Shown: positions 1 through 8,543 of the stretch, piece after piece
Position numbering within the stretch: position 1 is the first letter of the stretch
Layout: the number at the start of each line of letters is the position of its first letter
Assembly: GCA_036229005.1 (NCBI GenBank)
Contig: JAZAMN010000024.1
Location: 1-64,000 of the forward strand
Length of the DNA: 64,000 nt
Reading direction: 5' to 3'
Source: Myxococcota bacterium
Lineage (GTDB): Bacteria; Myxococcota_A; UBA796; CAJQPC01
Program-made: the position numbers and the translations under genes
The notes under the pieces: model-generated
Seen by the model: the letters and a program-made list of their open reading frames with translations, nothing else
Databases searched by the model: none
Told to the model about the DNA's origin: nothing

Positions 1-150
1 CATCGCGGCGACGCTGTCGTCGTCCACGTCCTGGGGGAGGGCGCTTGCGATGGAGAGGCCGTCGTTGTCGATGACGGCTGCGGCCTCGACGTCGGGGGTG
101 TTGTTGCTCAGGGTCTTGAGCTGACGCATCATCTGTTCTGCACGGGACAT
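1..150 (-). CDS. Roadblock/LC7 (MglB-like) protein, truncated by window edge
   Basis: Manual translation MSRAEQMMRQLKTLSNNTPDVEAAAVIDNDGLSIASALPQDVDDDSVAAM..., typical roadblock pattern (AAVI..DGL.IAS); AGGAGG SD upstream; not in ORF track. Confidence 0.85.
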   Translation of the reverse strand, partial: MSRAEQMMRQLKTLSNNTPDVEAAAVIDNDGLSIASALPQDVDDDSVAAM

Positions 151-189
151 GGTCCCCTCCTGTCACGGGTGGTTGAGGTTCTGGGGAGC

Positions 190-966
190 TCAGCTCGCTT
201 CGAAGCTGCGCTGGAGCTCGGCGTGGAGCTGGTCGAGGCGGTCCAGGCGGGCCTGGGTCTCGGCTCGGATGAAGTCGGGGAGGTCTCGGCTCTGGAGGAC
301 CTCCGTCAGGGCGGTGTGGGCATGCTTGAGGCTGGCAAGCGCGCGGGTGTGCTTGGAGGCCCGGTAGACCTCGGCGCGCTCGCAGACCGCCGCAGCCAGC
401 GCGCGGGGCAGGCCCGTCACGGACGCGACGTCGTCGGGATCGGCGCCCTCGAAGTGGTGGCCGTGGGTGAGGCCGGCCGCGAAGAGACGACGCAGCCGGG
501 CGGGGCCGATGCCGCGGATGTCCTCCAGCTCCTGGAAGAGGGGGAGGTCCTTGTCCTCGTAGTCGACCATCTTGGTCAGATCGCCGCCCAGGGAGGCGCC
601 CAGCATCTCGGCGTAGCGGGGCAGCCAGCTCCGCACGCAGTCCAGGAAGCTGGCCCGGCCGCTCCCGCGCGCTTGCCGCTCCCGGTAGGTGGCGGTGGCC
701 TCCTCCAGCTCTTGGAGCAGGGCGATCTGGGGGGTGTCGTCGCTGGCCTTGGCCAGGCGGGTCAGGCTGCGGAGCAGCTCCTCAAGCTGAGGGAGGACCA
801 GGTGCTCCCGGCCGCGCAGGATCTCCGCGAAGACCCCCCGCAGGTCCTGGATGAACTGGGCAGCGACCGCGCGGGAGACGGCAGAGAGCTCGCTCTGCTC
901 CTCCTGCTCGGCGCCGGCCATCAGGTCGGCGAGGTCCAGGCCCTCAAGCTGCTTGAGGTCGATCAT
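190..966 (-). CDS. Helical protein with helix-hairpin-helix motif
   Basis: LEDIRGIGPARLRRLFAAG and a second VTGLPRALA HhH-like motif; ATGA overlap with upstream gene. Confidence 0.7.
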   Translation of the reverse strand: MIDLKQLEGLDLADLMAGAEQEEQSELSAVSRAVAAQFIQDLRGVFAEILRGREHLVLPQLEELLRSLTRLAKASDDTPQIALLQELEEATATYRERQARGSGRASFLDCVRSWLPRYAEMLGASLGGDLTKMVDYEDKDLPLFQELEDIRGIGPARLRRLFAAGLTHGHHFEGADPDDVASVTGLPRALAAAVCERAEVYRASKHTRALASLKHAHTALTEVLQSRDLPDFIRAETQARLDRLDQLHAELQRSFEAS

Positions 967-1349
967 GCGCTCAGCGCCTCGAGCTTCTCTTGGAGCTCAC
1001 GGGTCATCAGGGAGGTGACGCGGCGCCAGGTCTTGGTCCCGGGGACACCCACCAGCAGCAGGAGCTCCCCGTCGTCCCAGCCGGAGATCGGTCGGAGAAC
1101 GAGGCGGATCCCGGAGCGGGTGTCGCGCACGGTGACCTCGTCGACGGTCACAAGGCCGAGGTCGGTGCGGGCGCGCCCCAGGATGTCCTGGGCGAGCACC
1201 GAGACGACGCTCATCTGGCCATCGTCCGCCTCGCCGGCCTGGGCCAGGGGCAGCCCCTGGTCGGTGAACAGCATCGCGAACTGGAAGGCGCCGTCTTGGC
1301 AGCCTCGCTCCAGCAGGTGCGTGAGTTGGGTCTGCAGTCCGGTGTTCAT
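963..1349 (-). CDS. Roadblock/LC7-domain protein
   Basis: 128 aa, AMLFTDQGLPLA motif; coupled within mgl operon. Confidence 0.7.
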   Translation of the reverse strand: MNTGLQTQLTHLLERGCQDGAFQFAMLFTDQGLPLAQAGEADDGQMSVVSVLAQDILGRARTDLGLVTVDEVTVRDTRSGIRLVLRPISGWDDGELLLLVGVPGTKTWRRVTSLMTRELQEKLEALSA

Positions 1350-1999
1350 CGAGTCCTCAGCTCACGCAGGCGTCGAAGGTTCTGCGCGGCGATTGGGTGG
1401 CCGGGAGACAACAGCAGCACCTGGCGGAGCAGCAGCTCTGCGCGGTCGAACTCGCCGGAGCGCACCAGGCGGCGCGCGTCCAGGAGCAGGTCGTCTGCGT
1501 TGCCCTCGGGGAGGGTGCCCTCGGGGATGTCATCGCCCATGGGCTTGAGCTGTCCGCTCTGGATGGCCTCGGAGACGGGGTCCAGCAGAGCGCAGCGCAG
1601 CGCCCCCTTGGAGGCGACGAGCTGCCACAGGGGCAGGCCGGTGCCGAAGGGGAGGTCGTGGCCGGGGAGGCTGCCTTCGAGCACCTTGGCGGAGACCCGC
1701 GCCCACTCGTCGGCGACGCGGATCCCCTCCATGACCAGCTCGTTGGGGTTGCCCAGGGGCCGGGTCTCGCTGGGCTGCTCCTCGTTTGAGAACCTGAACT
1801 CGCCGTCCTCATCCAGAAACCACTCCAGCAGCGCGAGCCGGCCGCTGTGGTCGCCTCGGCTCGCCGCCACCGGCAGCCCGTCCCGGAAGCCGATCCGGGT
1901 GCTGCCCGAGCTGAGCGTCCCGGTCCAGGACTGCCACTCGGCGAGTTGAATGAGGGAGGGGGCGCTACAGACCTGTAGGCTCCCGGTGAGCTCGGCCAT
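1346..1999 (-). CDS. DUF4388 (PatA-N-like) protein with C-terminal TPR
   Basis: LTGSL...LIQL...TGTL...F.DG...GEFRF...LVMEGIR..DEW pattern; C-terminal TPR-like helix pair. Confidence 0.8.
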   Translation of the reverse strand: MAELTGSLQVCSAPSLIQLAEWQSWTGTLSSGSTRIGFRDGLPVAASRGDHSGRLALLEWFLDEDGEFRFSNEEQPSETRPLGNPNELVMEGIRVADEWARVSAKVLEGSLPGHDLPFGTGLPLWQLVASKGALRCALLDPVSEAIQSGQLKPMGDDIPEGTLPEGNADDLLLDARRLVRSGEFDRAELLLRQVLLLSPGHPIAAQNLRRLRELRTR

Positions 2000-2147
2000 G
2001 ACTAGGGCTCCAAGCAGTTGGTCTGGAGATCAGAGGGGGGCGGCTGATCCAGGAGAGGGGGTCTCGGGGGTGTGCCCGGCTGCCGTGGAGAAAACGTAGC
2101 ACCCTGGAATCCGCGGGCTGCTCGTCCGTAAGCGGGGAGTGAGAGAG

Positions 2148-2771
2148 CTACTGGACCCGGGACGTCGGCTGACTCTCGCTCGCCCGGCGCGCCCGCTTCG
2201 TGAAGCTGTCCAGCACCGCGGAGGCCACCGTGTCCAGGGTCTCGATCACGCCGATTCCGTCGCTCGCGCAGGCGGAATGGCTGGGCTTCCCCTCCGCGTT
2301 CAGCAGGCGGGACAGCACCTCCGGGCGCTGGGCGTTTGGCAGGTCTTGTTTGTTCCACTGGAACACGATCGGAAAGGACGCGTAGTCGATCAAGGCTTTT
2401 GAGAGCGACTCCCGCAAGTCCAGGTACGAGCGCTCATTTGCGAGCTCCCGGCGGGGATCGCTGTCCGCCACGAACACCACGCCATCCGCCCCCTTGAGCA
2501 CCAGCTCCCGGGTCCGCCGGTAGAAGGACTGGCCAGGCACCGTGAAGAACTCCAGCTTGACCTTCATGCCGTTGCTGTAGCCCAGGGTCTGGGGGAAGTA
2601 GTCGAAGAAGAGGGTGCGGTCGGTCTCGGTATCGAGCACGATGAGCTCACCCTTCCCTCTCCTGGGCGAGCTCGTGTAGAGCTGCTTGAGGTTGGTTGTC
2701 TTCCCTGAGAGACCAGGTCCGTAGTAGACAATCTTGAAGGAGACTTCCCGCTTTGCGGCGTTGATACGCAT
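2148..2771 (-). CDS. mglA: MglA-family small GTPase
   Basis: KIVYYGPGLSGKTTNL, DRTLFFD, TVPGQ, DGVVFVADS, NKQD; start moved to MRINAAKRE. Confidence 0.93.
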   Translation of the reverse strand: MRINAAKREVSFKIVYYGPGLSGKTTNLKQLYTSSPRRGKGELIVLDTETDRTLFFDYFPQTLGYSNGMKVKLEFFTVPGQSFYRRTRELVLKGADGVVFVADSDPRRELANERSYLDLRESLSKALIDYASFPIVFQWNKQDLPNAQRPEVLSRLLNAEGKPSHSACASDGIGVIETLDTVASAVLDSFTKRARRASESQPTSRVQ

Positions 2772-2963
2772 TGGCTGGCCCTCACACCCGTCACACGGCG
2801 AGGGGTGGTTTGGTGCGAACCTCCTGGCTCGCCGTCCCTCGCTCAGGACCTCAAGGCTACGGGTAAGCACGTATGGGGTGCTACGTAATTCTGGGGCGTA
2901 AGTCTTGCGTCCAGCATTACGGCTTGATTTCAGGGAGGGTTAAGGGTCTCCGGCGCGGGGCGC

Positions 2964-3713
2964 TCAGTTCGCGGCGCGCGCCAGGAAATCCGCCAGCAGC
3001 CTGAGATAGTCGGCGCTGTTTGCCGCCAGGATGCTGTTGTGGTCTCCGCGCGGGAGCAGGTGCAGTTCTGGGTCCTGAGCCGCCGCTGCGTTGGCCTCGG
3101 CGTGATCGGGGGTGACCAGGTCGTCGTGCGCAGCGTGCAGGATCAAGGTCGGACCCGCGAAGGCCGCCAGCTTCGCGCCCTGGTCGAAGCGGGCCTGTAC
3201 CTCCGCCGTCATCTCCTCCAGCGTGCTCCCGAGCTCCTCGGGGTGCATGCGCAGCAGCAGGCGCTGGAGCAGGTCGTGGATCCCTGACTCCAGGATCAGG
3301 CCGGGCGCGTCGGGGAAGCGGTGCACCCACTCCACGGCGTAGAGGCTGCCGATCGAGCGCCCCATGGGCAGGATTCGGTCGGTGGGGACCCCGATGGCGC
3401 GGGCGATGTTGGGCAGGTCCTCGCACATGTCGGCCAGCGCGGGTGTGCCCGTCGAGGCGCCGTAGCCCCGGTACTCCGCCAGGAAGACCTCCCAGCCCAG
3501 GCGGCGCGCGAAGCGGGGCAGCAGATCCACCCAATCCCGCACCACCTCGCCGTTTCCGTGGAAGTGCAGCAGCACGGGGCGATCACTGGGTGGCGCGCTC
3601 CGCCAGCAGGCCAGGGTGCCCTTGTCCGTGGGGACGCGGGTGGCGCCCGGCAGGGAGGTCTCCCGGGGGAAGAAGTAGCGCTGGGTGACGATGGGATGGT
3701 CGAGTACGGACAT
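2964..3713 (-). CDS. Alpha/beta hydrolase (ABHD/BEM46-like)
   Basis: HFHGNGE, EYRGYG.S.G.P, GRSIG nucleophile, GDHN; start moved to MSVLDHP. Confidence 0.85.
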   Translation of the reverse strand: MSVLDHPIVTQRYFFPRETSLPGATRVPTDKGTLACWRSAPPSDRPVLLHFHGNGEVVRDWVDLLPRFARRLGWEVFLAEYRGYGASTGTPALADMCEDLPNIARAIGVPTDRILPMGRSIGSLYAVEWVHRFPDAPGLILESGIHDLLQRLLLRMHPEELGSTLEEMTAEVQARFDQGAKLAAFAGPTLILHAAHDDLVTPDHAEANAAAAQDPELHLLPRGDHNSILAANSADYLRLLADFLARAAN

Positions 3714-3810
3714 GCGATGGTCTATCTCGCCGCATCCCGGCCCGGGCACTCCCTGGCATTGGTGGGCATCGGCGAGGACCGGCTGACTGCGCCTGGGATA
3801 GGGGACCCCC

Positions 3811-4425
3811 ATGCCTCGCAAGCCCAAGCACAACCACGGCCGCGAAGAGATCCTGCGGGCCGCCCTGCGCCTGTTCGCCGCTCGCGGCTTCAAGGGCACC
3901 AGCACGGCGGCGATCGCCCGGGAGGTCGGCGTCAGCCAGCCGCTGATCCACCACCACTTCGGCTCCAAGGAGGCCCTGTGGCAGGCGGTGGTGGAGCAGA
4001 GCTTCTCGCGCATGGGGGAGGGGATCCTGGAGGCGGCCTCGGGTCACCCGCCGGGCATCGAGCGCCTGCGGGCCCTGCTGCTCGCGCTGGTGGACCAGCT
4101 CGCCGCCCAGCCCCAGGCGGGCGCGATCCTCCGCACCGAGTCCATCGCGGGGGGCAGCCACTTCGACTTCCTCTACGAGAACTTCATCGCCGGCCTGGTG
4201 GCCCTCTTCCACCGGGAGCTCCAGGCGGCTGTGGACCAGGGGCTGCTGCGTCCGGTGTCGCCGCCGGTGGCCTACTCCATCGTGATCGGCGCCTGCACCC
4301 AGCCCTTCGCCGACGCCCGGCTGATGGAGCGCTACTTCGGCACCCAGGTGGACGACCCGACCTTCGTTCAGGCCTTCAGGGAGGAGGTCGTGGACACCCT
4401 GCTGGTGGGGCTCGCCCCCCGCTGA
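3811..4425 (+). CDS. TetR/AcrR family regulator
   Basis: ILRAALRLFAARGF..TS...IAREVGVSQPLIHHHFGSKEAL. Confidence 0.95.
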   Translation: MPRKPKHNHGREEILRAALRLFAARGFKGTSTAAIAREVGVSQPLIHHHFGSKEALWQAVVEQSFSRMGEGILEAASGHPPGIERLRALLLALVDQLAAQPQAGAILRTESIAGGSHFDFLYENFIAGLVALFHRELQAAVDQGLLRPVSPPVAYSIVIGACTQPFADARLMERYFGTQVDDPTFVQAFREEVVDTLLVGLAPR

Positions 4426-4513
4426 ATCCCAGGGGGGAGCGCGAGAACGGACCAGGATCCGCAGGCTTGCCTGCGCCTCGGCAGCGGCCCACTTGTCCAG
4501 TTTTGGGTTGCGG

Positions 4514-4551
4514 CTGATTGACCTATAAGTTTAAACTTATCAGGCAATCAG
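4514..4551. promoter_or_regulatory. AT-rich palindromic operator upstream of cyp102
   Basis: CTGATTG-acct-ATAAGTTTAAACTTAT-cagg-CAATCAG; perfect 16-bp core at 4525-4540 with 7-bp outer arms. Confidence 0.75.
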
Positions 4552-4563
4552 TTTGAGGCCCCC

Positions 4564-7500
4564 ATGAACCGTCCCAAGCCCCGCCCGCAGCCGCCGACCA
4601 CACCCTTGCTGGGCAACGTCCCGGTCGTGGGGACCTCGACGCCGGTACAGGGTCTGATGAAGTTGGCCGCGGAGTATGGCCCGGTGATGCACATCGACTT
4701 CGCGGGGCGCCCGGTCCTCTTCCTCAGCGGACATCAGGTGGTGAGCGAGGTCTGCGATCTGGGCCGCTTCGACAAGCAGCTCTCGGGGCCGCTGCAGCAG
4801 ATCCGCAGCTTCGCCGGGGACGGCCTGTTCACCGCGCACACCCAGGAGCCCAACTGGGGCAAGGCCCACCGGATGCTGGCGCCGGCCTTCGGGCAGCTCG
4901 CCATGAAGGGCTACTTCGACCGCATGCTGGACATCGCCGACCAGATGTTCGACAAGTGGGGCCGCCTGGGGCCCAAGGCGGAGCTGGACGTGGCGGACAA
5001 CATGACCCGCCTGACCCTGGACACCATCGCGCTCTGCGGCTTCGACTACCGCTTCAACTCCTTCTACCGGGAGTCCATGCACCCCTTCGTGGAGTCCATG
5101 GTGCGGGCGCTGGATGAGGCGGGCATGCGCGCCAAGCTGCTCAAGCTCCAGGTGAAGCTGCGCCGGGCCGCCGACCGGCAGTACACCCAGGACATCGCCC
5201 TGATGAACCGCATCGTGGACGAGGTGATCGCCGAGCGCCGGGAGATGGGGGACGCCGCGCCCACCGGGGACCTGCTCAGCCGGATGCTCGAGGCCACCGA
5301 CCCGGTCACCGGCGAGGGGCTGGACGACCTCAACATCCGCTATCAGATCGTGACCTTCCTGATCGCCGGGCACGAGACCACCAGCGGGCTGCTCTCCTTC
5401 GCCACCTGGTACCTGCTGGAGAACCCCCACGTCCTGGAGCGGGCCCGCGAGGAGGTGGACCGGGTGCTGGGCCGCGGCCGCCCCCGCTACGAGCACATGC
5501 GGGAGCTGGTCTACCTGGAGGCGCTGCTCAAGGAGACCCTGCGGATCTGGCCCACCGCGCCGGCCTTCGCCCTCCAGCCCCTGGAGGACACCACGGTCGG
5601 GGGCTACCCGGTCTCCAAGGGCGAGGTCATCGCGGTGCTCATCCCCCAGCTCCACCGCGACCCCAGCGTGTGGGAGGACCCGGAGCGCTTCGACCCCGAG
5701 CGCTTCATGCCCGGCCGCCGGGAGCAGATCCCGCCCAACGCCTACAAGCCCTTCGGCCACGGCCAGCGCGCCTGCATCGGTCGCCAGTTCGCCCTGCAGG
5801 AGGCCACCCTGGTGCTGGCCATGATGCTGCAGCGCTTCGAGTTCGTGGCCGGCCACGGCACGCCGCTGGTGGTCAAGGAGACGCTCACCCTCAAGCCCGA
5901 CGGGCTGCTCATCCGGGTGCGGGAGCGCCCCGAGCCCTTGGAGCGCGCAGGCGCGACGCCCCAGGAGGACCCCCAGGACCAGACCTCGGAGCGCGAGGCT
6001 CACGGGACGCCTCTGCAGGTGCTCTACGGCTCCAACTCCGGCACCGCCGAGGGGCTCGCGCGGCGGGTGGCTCGGCAGGCGGAGCGCTCGGGCTACGCGG
6101 TGGAGGTCGCGCCCATGGACGCCGCGGTCGACAAGCTGCCCAGCTCCGGCGCGCTCGTCGTGGTGACCGCCTCCTACAACGGCCAGCCCCCCGACAACGC
6201 CGCCGCGTTCGTGCCCTGGCTGGAGACCCTGGCGCCCGGCAGCCTCTCCGGGCTGCGCGTGGGGGTGCTGGGCTGTGGCCACCGCGACTGGCAGCAGACC
6301 TTCCAGGCCATCCCCAAGCGGGTGGAGGCGGCGCTGCAGGCCGCGGGCGCCGAGCGCCTCGTGGACCGGGGGGTGCTGGACGCCGCCGGAGATCTGGAGG
6401 ACCAGGCCGAGCGCTGGCAGGGGGCCTTCTGGTCCGCCTGTGACGCAGCGTTCGAGGTCCAGGGCGTGTCGCAGGCAGCCGGTCCTCGCCTGCGGATCCT
6501 TCAGTCCGACCCGCTGGCGGAGGCCTTCGATCTCCAGACGGTGCAGGTGGAGTCTGTCCGAGAGCTGGTCGACCTCTCCTCTCCCTTCGGCCGCTCCAAG
6601 AAGGAGGTGTGCCTGCGCCTTCCCGAGGGCATGGACTACGTCCCCGGGGACCACCTGGAGCTCTTGGGAGAGAACACCCCGGCCCGCGTGCAGGCCTGGC
6701 TCACCCGCCTGGATCTGCCGCCCTACACGCTCATTGTCACCGAGCCCGCCGGCGAGGACACCGGGGCGCAGACCGATCCGGTCCCCCTGGAGCGCCTGCT
6801 GCGCCTGCACCTGGATCTGAACCAGCCCGCCAGCCTCAAGGCCCTGCGCACGCTCCTCGCGGCGGTGCGTTGCCCGCCGGAGCGCGCCGATCTCGCCCGC
6901 TGGCTGGACGACGAGGCGGCCTACGAGCGCGAGGTCCGGGACACCCGCCTGGACCTGCTCACCCTGTTGGCCCGCTGCCCGAGCGTGGACCTTCCGCCGG
7001 AGACGCTGCTGGGGCTGCTGCCGCCGAACCGGCCGCGGCGCTACTCGATCTCCTCTTCGCCGCTGGTGGACCCGCAGCGCTGCACGCTGACGGTGGCGCA
7101 TGTGAGTGGACCGGCCCTCAGTGGCCAGGGCGAGTACGAGGGCGTGGGCTCGGGGACGCTGGCGCGCGCCCAGGCGGGGACACGTCTGCTGGCGGCCGTG
7201 CGGGCACCCCACAACCCCTTCCACCTGCCCGAAGATCCGCGCCGCCCGCTGCTGATGATCGCCGCGGGAACGGGCATGGCGCCCTTCCGGGGCTTCATCG
7301 AGCATCGGGCGCAGGGGCGGCGCGCGGGCATCGCGGTGGGGCCCGCCGTGCTCTTCTTTGGCTGCGACCACCCCGACGTGGACCTGCTCTACCGACCCGA
7401 GCTGGAGGCCTGGCAGGCGGAGGGTGTGCTGGAGCTGCACACCGCCTTCTTCAAGCAGCCGGCGGGCCAGGTGCACTTTGTGCAGCACCGGCTCTGGGCC

Positions 7501-7701
7501 GAGCGGGAGCGGGTCCGGGCGCTGCTGGCCAAGGACGCGGTGCTCTACCTGTGTGGGGACGGCGCGCGCATGGCGCCGGCGGTGCGGGAGACGCTGGCCC
7601 GCATCGTCCAGGAGACCCAACAGGGCAGCCTGGAGCAGGCCCGGGCAGAGGTCCAGGCCTGGGAAGACGCCGGCCGACTGCGGGTCGACGTCTTTGGGTA
7701 G
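4564..7701 (+). CDS. cyp102: Bifunctional cytochrome P450/NADPH-P450 reductase (CYP102 family)
   Basis: FLIAGHETT, ETLR, PERF, FGHGQRACIG haem Cys; YGSNSGTAE FMN loop; RRYSISS, GTGMAPF, YLCG reductase motifs; 1045 aa. Confidence 0.96.
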   Translation: MNRPKPRPQPPTTPLLGNVPVVGTSTPVQGLMKLAAEYGPVMHIDFAGRPVLFLSGHQVVSEVCDLGRFDKQLSGPLQQIRSFAGDGLFTAHTQEPNWGKAHRMLAPAFGQLAMKGYFDRMLDIADQMFDKWGRLGPKAELDVADNMTRLTLDTIALCGFDYRFNSFYRESMHPFVESMVRALDEAGMRAKLLKLQVKLRRAADRQYTQDIALMNRIVDEVIAERREMGDAAPTGDLLSRMLEATDPVTGEGLDDLNIRYQIVTFLIAGHETTSGLLSFATWYLLENPHVLERAREEVDRVLGRGRPRYEHMRELVYLEALLKETLRIWPTAPAFALQPLEDTTVGGYPVSKGEVIAVLIPQLHRDPSVWEDPERFDPERFMPGRREQIPPNAYKPFGHGQRACIGRQFALQEATLVLAMMLQRFEFVAGHGTPLVVKETLTLKPDGLLIRVRERPEPLERAGATPQEDPQDQTSEREAHGTPLQVLYGSNSGTAEGLARRVARQAERSGYAVEVAPMDAAVDKLPSSGALVVVTASYNGQPPDNAAAFVPWLETLAPGSLSGLRVGVLGCGHRDWQQTFQAIPKRVEAALQAAGAERLVDRGVLDAAGDLEDQAERWQGAFWSACDAAFEVQGVSQAAGPRLRILQSDPLAEAFDLQTVQVESVRELVDLSSPFGRSKKEVCLRLPEGMDYVPGDHLELLGENTPARVQAWLTRLDLPPYTLIVTEPAGEDTGAQTDPVPLERLLRLHLDLNQPASLKALRTLLAAVRCPPERADLARWLDDEAAYEREVRDTRLDLLTLLARCPSVDLPPETLLGLLPPNRPRRYSISSSPLVDPQRCTLTVAHVSGPALSGQGEYEGVGSGTLARAQAGTRLLAAVRAPHNPFHLPEDPRRPLLMIAAGTGMAPFRGFIEHRAQGRRAGIAVGPAVLFFGCDHPDVDLLYRPELEAWQAEGVLELHTAFFKQPAGQVHFVQHRLWAERERVRALLAKDAVLYLCGDGARMAPAVRETLARIVQETQQGSLEQARAEVQAWEDAGRLRVDVFG

Positions 7702-7734
7702 GCGCCCCTCCGGGGGGAGGGACGCCCGGGGCGC
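7701..7734. terminator. GC-rich hairpin between convergent genes
   Basis: GGCG.CCCTCC-gggg-GGAGGG.CGCC stem; no U-tract. Confidence 0.35.
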
Positions 7735-8490
7735 TCAGATGCGCAGGCCGCCGTCGACCTCGATCACGCGGCCGGAGAAGTACTCGCACTCGACGATGAA
7801 CTTCACGGCCTGCCAGATCTCCTCGGGCTCGCCGACGCGGCCCAGGGGCACGGGCTTCACGATCTTCTCCAGCACCTGGGGGGGCATGGACTCGACCATG
7901 GGGGTGCGGATGAAGCCGGGGGCGATGGCGCCCACGCGCACGCCGTAGCGACCGAGCTCCTTGGCCCAGACCACGGTGTCGGCGGCGATGCCGGCCTTGG
8001 CGGCGCTGTAGTTGGACTGGCCCATGTTACCGGCCTTGGAGATGCTGCTGATGTTCACGCAGACGGCGGGCTTGACGCCGCCAGCCACGGCGCGCTCAGC
8101 GAACTCGCGGAAGCACAGGAAGGGGCCGGTCAGGTTCACCGCCAGCACCGCGTCCCACTTGGCCTTGGACAGGGCCTTGATGGCGCCGGTCTCGCGGTCC
8201 TTCTTGAGCAGCAGGCCGTCGCGGATGATGCCGGCGTTGTTGACCAGGCAGTTGGCGGGGGCGCCGAAGTAGGCCTCGGCTGCGTCGAAGAGGGCCTTGA
8301 CCTGCTCCTCGTCGGAGATGTCGGCCACGACGCCGTGGGCGCCCAGCTCCTCTGCGGCGGCAGCGACCTTCTCGGGGTCGACGTCGCAGAACACGATCTT
8401 GGCGCCCGCCTTGGCGAACTGGTGGGTGAACTCGCGGCCCATGCCGCTCACGCCACCGGTGACGATGGCGCGGGTCTCGGTGAGCTTCAT
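7735..8490 (-). CDS. SDR family 3-oxoacyl-(ACP/CoA) reductase (FabG/PhaB-like)
   Basis: TGGVSGMG, NNAGIIRD, NISS, GQSNYSAAK, DGG; start moved to MKLTETRAIV. Confidence 0.9.
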   Translation of the reverse strand: MKLTETRAIVTGGVSGMGREFTHQFAKAGAKIVFCDVDPEKVAAAAEELGAHGVVADISDEEQVKALFDAAEAYFGAPANCLVNNAGIIRDGLLLKKDRETGAIKALSKAKWDAVLAVNLTGPFLCFREFAERAVAGGVKPAVCVNISSISKAGNMGQSNYSAAKAGIAADTVVWAKELGRYGVRVGAIAPGFIRTPMVESMPPQVLEKIVKPVPLGRVGEPEEIWQAVKFIVECEYFSGRVIEVDGGLRI

Positions 8491-8543
8491 TCCGAATGTC
8501 CTTTGGCCCTTGGGGCCGATGTCAGGGGAAGTCTTTGAAGGCG

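Noticed and set aside
2855..2925. Lower-GC stretch with scattered CGTAA/TTACG words upstream of mglA (one similar word at 24721)
   Set aside because: Irregular spacing and too short to support a defined site or RNA element
4540..7620. 1026-aa antisense ORF opposite cyp102, and similar long shadow ORFs (169-1548, 8496-10550, 19211-21976, 22625-24643, 29127-31202, 31410-33347, 48611-51250, 51271-53196, 57838-60636)
   Set aside because: Expected from high GC3 codon bias removing stops on the opposite strand; no motifs; each overlaps well-supported genes
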